Positions 55,393-64,000 of a stretch of DNA of 64,000 nt are shown here, piece after piece. The notes beneath the pieces were generated by a model that was given only the letters and a program-made list of their open reading frames with translations, made no database searches and was not told the DNA's origin. The position numbers and the translations under genes are program-made. Positions within the stretch are counted from its first letter, which is position 1. Every line of letters starts with the position of its first letter. This stretch comes from the human T2T-CHM13v2.0 reference genome, Homo sapiens: NCBI RefSeq assembly GCF_009914755.1, contig NC_060929.1. One strand, written 5' to 3'.

Positions 55393-55405
55393 TGTAGCCG
55401 TGCAT
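55385..55405 (-). other. Out-of-frame upstream ORF (MHGYNV*) overlapping the DNAH5 start codon
   Basis: Minus strand reads ATG CAC GGC TAC AAT GTT TAG, starting 13 nt before the main ATG; translation untested. Confidence 0.55.
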
Positions 55406-55636
55406 GGACAGGCTGGAGTCAGCTCTTCCGGAATGGTCTTCTAACTCCTGGCAGACCTGCTCAACATCCAACAGGCTTCCAAATGGAAAGTTTTACTTCC
55501 ATTTTACTTTCACGTTTCTAATTTGCATGTATTATTCACTACATTCACAGAATAAAAATTAAAACTCCACTTATACCACTCAAGTTTTTCTCCTAGAGTG
55601 TCTGCCCTGGGCCTCTCCTCTCTCTCGAAGCCTGGT

Positions 55637-55734
55637 GTTGTTAGGGTAATATTGTTTATACACTATACAGTTGAACCATGCCTCTTAATCATGTTTATCA
55701 AGCAATCAAAGCATTTTAACTGCTCGGTAGCAAC
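55637..55734. promoter_or_regulatory. Candidate DNAH5 proximal promoter motifs: X-box-like (RFX) and forkhead sites
   Basis: GTTGTTAGGGTAAT 55637-55650; TGTTTAT 55653-9 and 55692-8; TAGCAAC half X-box 55728-34; no CpG island seen. Confidence 0.45.
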
Positions 55735-56557
55735 ACAACTCCTTCTGTTGTTCAATTAATTCTATTCACTGCCCAATAATAAGCATTGAGTCAACAGTGA
55801 TATCTAAATAGTTTCTTTGAACAATGAGAAACTTTAAACCATATCAGATTAGAAATCCAAGAAGCCACAGCTCTGAATATATTGTCCATGTCGAGAAACT
55901 CAGTCTTACTTTGTGTAAACAACTTTGCAAGCACGATGCACTGCCAGCATTGTGACTAATTGTGACTAATTGCCAGATAGGCTAATTGTGACCCATAGGA
56001 GCCATTTTCTCCACCACAAAGAACAAGAAGTCTGTTTCATATGCAAATAGCAAACCATGTCCATAAATTACTTGTGCTCACACAGTTGCACATACACTTC
56101 AGCCAAGGTAATTTATCCTATGTGGCTAAACATCTTGATCATCTTAACTGTGAAGATGTAATGGGAAAACACTGCCAAATGCTTTGAGAGATCTCTCATG
56201 TATGGTTTCTCCCATCGAGTTGAATAAAAGGCAGGACACTTAAGGTTGGTCTTGTTGAATCTAGAATTTAGTCCTTGGAATTCACAGTCCAGCAACTCAA
56301 ATCCTAAAAGGTCATCCAAGGATAATCAGGAAATTGGGAACTCATCCTGGTAACATCCTGCTAGTCAACCTCTGTGGAGCCTGACTTGGAAGGCAGGGTG
56401 CTGACATGGTTTCAGAACATGGAGATTCACTTGGTCCATATCCAATGCTAGGGCACGGACGGCCTCCATATGTCAGGTTAACAGACAACATTTAGACCTC
56501 AATATTATTTGGTAAGTAAATAACTAGAACACAGGAAGTTTAAGTTTGTTTGCAGGA

Positions 56558-56857
56558 TTTTTTTTTTCTTTTTTGAGACCTGCAGGTCTCACTCTGTCAC
56601 ACAGGCTGGAGTGCAGTTGCGTGACCACCACTCACCACAGCCTCAACCTCCCAGGCTCAGGTGATCCTCCCACCTCAGCCTTCCTAGTAACTGGGACTAC
56701 AGGCAAGTGTCACAACACGCGGCTAATTTTTGTATTTTTTGTAGAAACAGGTTTGGCCACATTGCCCAGGCTGGTCTCAAACTCCTGGCCTCAAGCAATT
56801 GCCCACCTCGGCCTCCCAAAGTGCTGGGATTATACGCATGAGCCACCAGGCCAGGCC
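56558..56857 (-). mobile_element. Alu (J-type)
   Basis: Reverse dimer; TSD tgcaggat. Confidence 0.92.
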
Positions 56858-59800
56858 CTGCAGGATATTTGTTGAAGTCAACCTCTGGTTGTTGGTAAGC
56901 GGCTGTTGTCCGTTTCTAATAAAAAGTGTTGAAGACAGTATCTAGACTCTGAGTCCCTTCTCTGTGTGGTGCTGAAGACACCAGAAAATAGCAGTAGGAT
57001 CGGATCCTCCTCACATGGCATCTCCTATCCATCCCAAGAATCCTCTGTCAACACATGACCTCAGGACAAACATGTTACAATTCATTACATCGCCGATTAT
57101 CTTTCATTAGTTACATTTGAATCGGTGCTTCCCTAATGGTATTTTAGGCACCATCCTCATTGCAGCAGCAGCCCATTTACAACGCATCGCTTGGGGAGAG
57201 TTACTTCCTGGGAAGATTTCCACAGATGGCTGATGGCATGCATTTTGTGTTTGGCAGGCATAACCATGACTCCCTTGAGGCTTCACAGCAAACCGGGAAG
57301 CCTTCCAGTCTGTGTGGCTGAATTTCAACCCCTCGGGCAAGGTAGATGGCGTCTTAAGGTATCTTCTTGAGCGCTCAGGCTCACTGGAAGTTGTTGAACA
57401 ACACAAACAAAGCAAGCCAAGGCTGAATTTACAACAGGCCACCTACCCCCGCCAGCCCCTGCCAGAATGAAAGTCAATTTCTGGCATTTGGAGGGAAATG
57501 ATCAAACATTGTTCGGTAGGAAACTCAGAAAGGCTTGCCTACAAATAGTTTCCACCAGGCAAGAGCTTCAGCTGGCAGGGCTCTATATATAGGACTCACA
57601 CGAGGGAGGTCTGCAGCCCCGTCTGTGCGGATAGTACACCCTTCCAGGCTGAAAATATTGGTCATACACAAATCCTGTCAGACATAATGGGAAAACAAGA
57701 GTAGACAATGGACCTCATGTGGGCGGAAGGCTTCATCCAGAAATCCAAGTACCTGCAGGCAAAGTTTGAAGTTCCACTTTCATTCATTGAACAAAAGCTC
57801 GTGAGTGCCTTTTACGCAGCCAGACGCTGCGCTATACACTATGAATAGAACAGCTAATAAAAACAGATGTTTACTCAGACATTTAAAAATATTAATTGTA
57901 GAATGCATAATTATCCTATGCAACACTCGGAATGAAAAAATAATGCTGCCTATTCAACATATCCATTTTAAGGTGCATTCTGATTTCACAGATGTTAAAA
58001 TATGAAAAATGTACATTTCATAATCAATAAAAAATGGTTATTCTTGCCTTTACTGGGGGTAGATATTAAGCAAATATATAAATAAATGTATAATGACAAG
58101 TAAAATGTTACAAATTTTGATAAGTGTCATTTTAAAAGAAAATAAGGTATAAGCTTTATGTGGACATATGTTCTGAATTGTTACCTTTACGCTTACATTC
58201 CAAAGTGTAAAATTTTCTAAACTCATCTCTAAATTATGGAGTCATCTACCCTGCATCTTGAAGCCTCGTATGTACATCCCGTTCCATATGGCTTAATAGA
58301 AAAGTGCAACTTTGGGGTCAGACAGACCTGAACTTAAATCCCAGCTATGTGACATCAGATATTTTGTCTCCTAAATTAGACGTTAGAAATAAAACCACTT
58401 ACCTAAAACTGGTAATGATTTAAATATATTTAAATCTCCTAGATCCTCATAGGCACCTAATAAATGAAATATATAACCACATTTTTTATCTGCAAAAGAG
58501 TTATGACTACCATTTATGGCAATATCAATGGAGAGGACGAATTCCTAAATCTTAACCTAACCCACACATTTCAGTCGAGAGCTGGTTGAAAATTTTGCTC
58601 TCAATTTCTGAGTATGTCCTAGCAAAAGAGTGGATCCAAGTTTTATCAGTTACTAGCTACACGTTTTTCATGGATTTCCATCTTTAAGAATGTCTTACTG
58701 AGGCCCAACAGGATCAAACACATTCATCAGTTTAATAGCCTTGTAAACAATGATACAAACTACAGCATATAAAAATGGCAAATGAGTTCAGTGGGATGAG
58801 AGAGTTCCATATTTCACCCATCAAGCGCTGCACATTTGTCTTCACGCTTTACCATATTGAAATGTGGTCATTCCAAATGCAACATGATATTTCATCTTAT
58901 ATTCAATGCCCTCTTATAATTGCTGTTGGCCAGACAAAAATCATGACATGAGTGTCCTTACCAGAGCTTGTGCACACCCAGCTGTCACCCAAGTGGCACC
59001 ACAAGGCCACAACAATACCAGGAAGTTACAGCCAACAAACCACAGAAGCTCCATGTGAGGAAGAAATGTGTGTCCCGGTTGTTTTCTAGAAATCTTCACT
59101 GTCACCTTCTGGGAAGATCCAGAAAACACCAGCACTGCAACTTGCAGGAAGGATGTTAGTAGATTGGAAGAAAATCCCAGAAGAGTCAGACCCTACATGT
59201 GAAGAAGTTTTAGAAGTTTCTTAACTAATTCATTGCACTTATCTTTGTATGGATGCATGGGGGTGATGTTTAAAAGAGCTTCAATTAAAATAAAATTGAA
59301 ATTCTAAGAAAGCAATGAAGCCTAGTTTAATGGACAGGTGTTTTTCCTTCTTGGTGGTTAATGACACAGTAATGTGTTTCATCTGATAATGGATTAGGTC
59401 AGATGAATACAGTTTTGTGAGTTCTAATGATCAAAGGAAATTTTTGGAGAAGGGAGAATTTAAGGCAAGCCCTATAGAAGAATAAGATTCAAATTAGTAG
59501 ATAGGAAAACTAGAGTGTAACATATGTGAAAAATTATCTTGGAGACTGGAATTCAACAGAGCCCGTCTTGTGCTGCAATTTTAAGTAAAAATGATTGATT
59601 AATCTCTGAAAGGTATGTTGAGGCTGAATGGTGGGCGTCAATCTAAGGTAGTGGGCCTTGCAGGCAATTAAGGAGTCACTGAATTAATAAAAGTCTTGTT
59701 TAGGAAGGTTATGCTGGTATTATAGCTGCACGCAGGTAAGGATGAAGTAGAGAGAGACTGAAGGCAGTCTCCTGGGCATGAAGAAATAAAGAATTCAATA

Positions 59801-61162
59801 GAGGGAGGTGGAAACTGTGGTCACCCAAACAACCTAAAAATGAATAAACTCGCAAGCTGAATAAAAGGGGCAAGTCTCCTTGTCTCTGTCCAATATATTG
59901 CTGCCCCTAAGCTACTCCTCTAGAGAAATCCTGGTTGAGGAAGGAATGAGAAAGAACAGATAGAACACACCAGAAAGAAAAAAAACACACACAAATAACA
60001 ATGGAACTTGACAACCGGTAACAGAGAAAAGGACACCATTGTCAGAGAGGATTCCATGTTTCCCAGCTTGGGTAAAGAATCATCATAACTTAAGCAGAAG
60101 CAGAGGAATCTAGAAAAAGTACATTTTGGAGACTAGATGACTAAGGAAATGTAAATAAAGCTCTAATTCTTTACTTTTCCTTTTGGTCTTTCCATCTTGA
60201 AAACATGAAGGCCAGTATGATTATATGCAAGACAATAAACATCCAGTATCTTTTTCTTTATACAATTGTAATTTTAAAACTCACAATAAAAAGAAAAAAC
60301 TCATAATAAAAAGGAAATAAAGGAACCAATAATATAGTATTGATGCCATAATCATTTGAGCTATACTCACAAAAGAAGATAGTGATTCTAAGAGCTTCAA
60401 ATGGAGTGATATGGTTGGTTGATTTTGTCACCATTTTTATGGATTGAAATTATACAGGGTAATCTTGAAAAGATGCACAAGTTTCCTGGGAGACTCATCT
60501 GTCAAAATTCAAAAGAGAGGATGGGCAAGAGAGGAGAAACTCCAGAGGAGGACACAGAAAGCTGATGCATTTAGAGTAAACACTAAGAGCATCTAAGTTC
60601 TGCCGTTTGGAGGAAGAGAGCGGCTTGGGGCTAAACGCACTTTCCAGATGTTATCTTGCATAGTGCCTTTCATGTAGAAAGTGTAAGAATTAGGAATATT
60701 GGGCACTAACGGAGGGATACATTAAAGAAAAGACTGTCTAAGAAGTATCTCTGTCTTCCCTGGTAACACTTCCACATACCTGTAGAAATAATGTTGTCCT
60801 GGCTTTAGGACGTTACGCTTCTGATCCTGAATCCTGTACATACTGGTTGCTTAGGTGGCCTCTGATTAACAACGAGCCAGCTACACTGGCCCCATTTTCC
60901 CCTAAATTATATGAGATGGGTGGCCCAGTGATCTTGCAGGTAACTTCTGGCTCCAAGAAAAATGCACAACCTAAGTGAAGGATCTCAGATCCCAAGCATA
61001 CTGCATGCTGAAAGTAACTGCAATGTTATCTTAATATGATTTCTACATGTACTATCTTATAACATGGTACACAAAACATTAGAAAACTTATGAGACCACT
61101 TGATCATCTGAGATGAGGCCTATCACTTAAACACTGCAGTACTGTTATGCCTATGGTAATAG

Positions 61163-61551
<389 letters not shown>

Positions 61552-62138
61552 TAGTGCTTTCTGAAATTTTTCTCCCAAACCTACACACACAAAGCTCATG
61601 GGTTGTGAATGAAGACATGTAAATTCAATTTTAGGTGCAAATCACCAAGATTATTATAGTAAGTCTTTCTGGCATCCTGCTTTTGGTTCTGCTGCATAGC
61701 ACAGTTATGTTTCATGTTGAGTCTCTTCAGATAGTATCGCCTAGCTTGGTTATTGCAGTTGTTACTTGCTTAGAACCAAAATTTCAGCATTATGGCATAT
61801 AGAACCAAGAAAAAAAAAACTTCTTTATTAGAAGCTTGTTTGTAGTTATCATCTAAAGGACAACCAACAGCTTGGGAATAACCCCATGCCTTAATTACTT
61901 GTACTTTCAGAAATTCAAAGTCCATACAAATATACAACCACAATTAATTAGAGAGATAGGAAGAGAACCCTTATTAATGTGATGCTTCTTGCTTTATGAA
62001 AGCATTAGGAGCTGATGGTCTTCACATTTTGCTACCTTTTAATTGATATTTTTCCACTTCACACACTGGCATTCTAGGGCACCAAATCATGATTATTTTC
62101 CTGAATATAAAGTAACAATATTCATATACTCTGTCTCT

Positions 62139-62474
62139 TTTGTTTTTTTTTTGTTTTTTTCGTTTTTTTTTTTTTTTTTTTTTTTTTTTGAAGCAGGGTC
62201 TTGCTCTGTCGCCCAGGCTGAAGTGCAGTGATGCAGTCATGGCTCACTGCAGCCTCAACTTCTTGGGCTCCAGCAATCCTCCCACCTCAGCTCCCCAAAT
62301 AGCTGGAACCACAGGTGTGCACCACCAGATTCAGCTAATTTCTTACTTATTTTTTGTAGAGATGGGGTCTTCCTATGTTGCCCAGACTGGTCTCGAACTC
62401 CTGGACTCGAGCAATCCTCCCGCCTCAGCCTCCCGAGGTGCTGTGATTACAGGCGTGAGCCACCATGCCTGGCC
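62139..62474 (-). mobile_element. Alu (J-type) with a long T tail
   Basis: Reverse dimer. Confidence 0.93.
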
Positions 62475-63754
62475 CGTATTCTCTCTTTTTTTCATTGTGA
62501 TTGAGTTTATAAGGTATTCATTGAAAAGGAAAATATATTTCATTTCATAAGTCATTACTCATGCCAAGATCTGGTCCCTGGTTTTGAAGACATCAAGCAG
62601 CAGTTAACAACGGGGAGAAACTCACCAGCCTGCACCCTCCTGTGCTTGCTCTGTCCCATCAACAGACACACACCACCCTGCAGAAACCAGACAGCTGTGG
62701 AAAGGAAAGTGGAGGGCTCCAGTTTCCCTGAGGGATCATTTTGGGGGCTATCTTTGCTGTTATCACAGCTGTGTTAGTTTTCATTAAAAAGAGAAAGTAA
62801 AAAGTAGAGTTAGGTTTACCAGCAAACATAAAAATTCTCCTTTAACCCTGCATTTAGGTCCTCTTTGCTTTTCTCTTGTGCTAAGATATCATGAAAATGG
62901 TAACTTCAAAATCATGTTGTCTTCCTATAGAAAGATTTAATGAGAAAAGTGAATCAAATGTCATTTAATGTAAAATAAAATCCTGATAATAGGAATTGTT
63001 TGTTGACTCAAGAGACATCTTCTAAAAGCAACGAAGAATCACCCCAGCCCAGGGCCTCTAACATCACCCCATCAGAAGCACATTAATTAACTACCATCAT
63101 AGAGGGATCTCCCAACTTGGGATAGCTTGACGTTTATCACAAATAAAAATCCGTGAAAATAAGCAAGACATATCCATAAACACTGATGGTTAGCACTCAC
63201 GCCCACACTAAGGAGTCTGGAACTAAAATGAGATGCATTGATTTGAAAGGCAGAAAACTCCTGATTACAAGAATGTGATCAGAGAGAGCAAATCCATTTT
63301 TTTAAAGCACGCAGCAATTTCTGCAAAGAAAGTTCTGTCTCTGAAAAGCTTAAAAATAGGCTCAGGGAGACATCAAAGGAAGATGTTTCTAGCCAGAGAA
63401 AGAATGATTTGATCACCCCAGAAAGAGAGCACTTGGTGGCAGATCAGAGTTCAAGGGGAAGCTCAGGGGCTGTGTTTTTGATGACTCCCAACCTCCACCA
63501 ATATCACCGCAAATTCAGAGGGCAGGGATCAATATGTCTTACCCATGACTGTATTTCTGGGTTTTCCAACTGCTCATTAAACGAAAACCAGCCCATTTAT
63601 AATCCCATCCAGGACCTAATTATGTCTTTAAATGTCAAACTACCAACAATTACAAATTGTATTAGAGTTACTCCACTATCAAGAAAACAATATTTACATT
63701 GCCAAGGAGGACAAAAATAACCCGTTTATTTACCCATTGCTGTTTTCTTCAGGG

Positions 63755-63886
63755 TTTTTTAAAGAGACGGGGTCTCACTCTGTTGCCCAGGTTGGAGTGC
63801 AGTGGTGCAATCATAGCTCACTGCAGCCTGGAATTCCTGGGATCAAGTGATCCTTCCACCCCAGTCTCCCAAGTAGCTGAGACTAT
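63755..63886 (-). mobile_element. Partial Alu (single arm)
   Basis: 'gagacggggtctcactctgttgcccagg...caagtagctgagacta'. Confidence 0.85.
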
Positions 63887-64000
63887 CTGTGTGTTCAGTA
63901 TTTGACCTTTCTTAAACACTGTAACATAACTTGTGATAAACGTCATTGCTACTTAATGCGTTGTCACAAGACAAATCTCTGACACTGTTGTTTCCTTCAA

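Noticed and set aside
56575-56590. 16-bp perfect palindrome gagacctgcaggtctc
   Set aside because: A small change to the already quasi-palindromic Alu end gagacagggtctc; too short to suggest function

Overview
Human (or near-identical great-ape) genomic DNA holding the 5' part of DNAH5 (axonemal outer-arm dynein heavy chain 5, a primary ciliary dyskinesia gene) on the minus strand. Coding exons 1-17 lie at 55392->2232, all with GT-AG boundaries checked by eye, and join to 2577 nt = residues 1-859 (N-terminal tail/DHC_N1 region). The gene continues past the left edge, and about 8.6 kb of upstream DNA follows. The rest is intronic or intergenic DNA rich in Alu, L1, L2, MIR, LTR and DNA-transposon relics; repeat subfamily names are recalled by eye, not from RepeatMasker. 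I found no new gene or multi-gene system, and the non-DNAH5 ORFs are repeat-derived or random. The best observations are small-scale: a 48-bp copy of the DNAH5 5' leader inside intron 1; an upstream ORF overlapping the start codon; a tiny L1 insertion that looks twin-primed with a 3' transduction; several template-switch inverted repeats; an old ~180-bp local duplication; RFX/FOX motifs; and Q12/E24 alleles that differ from the reference protein as I recall it.
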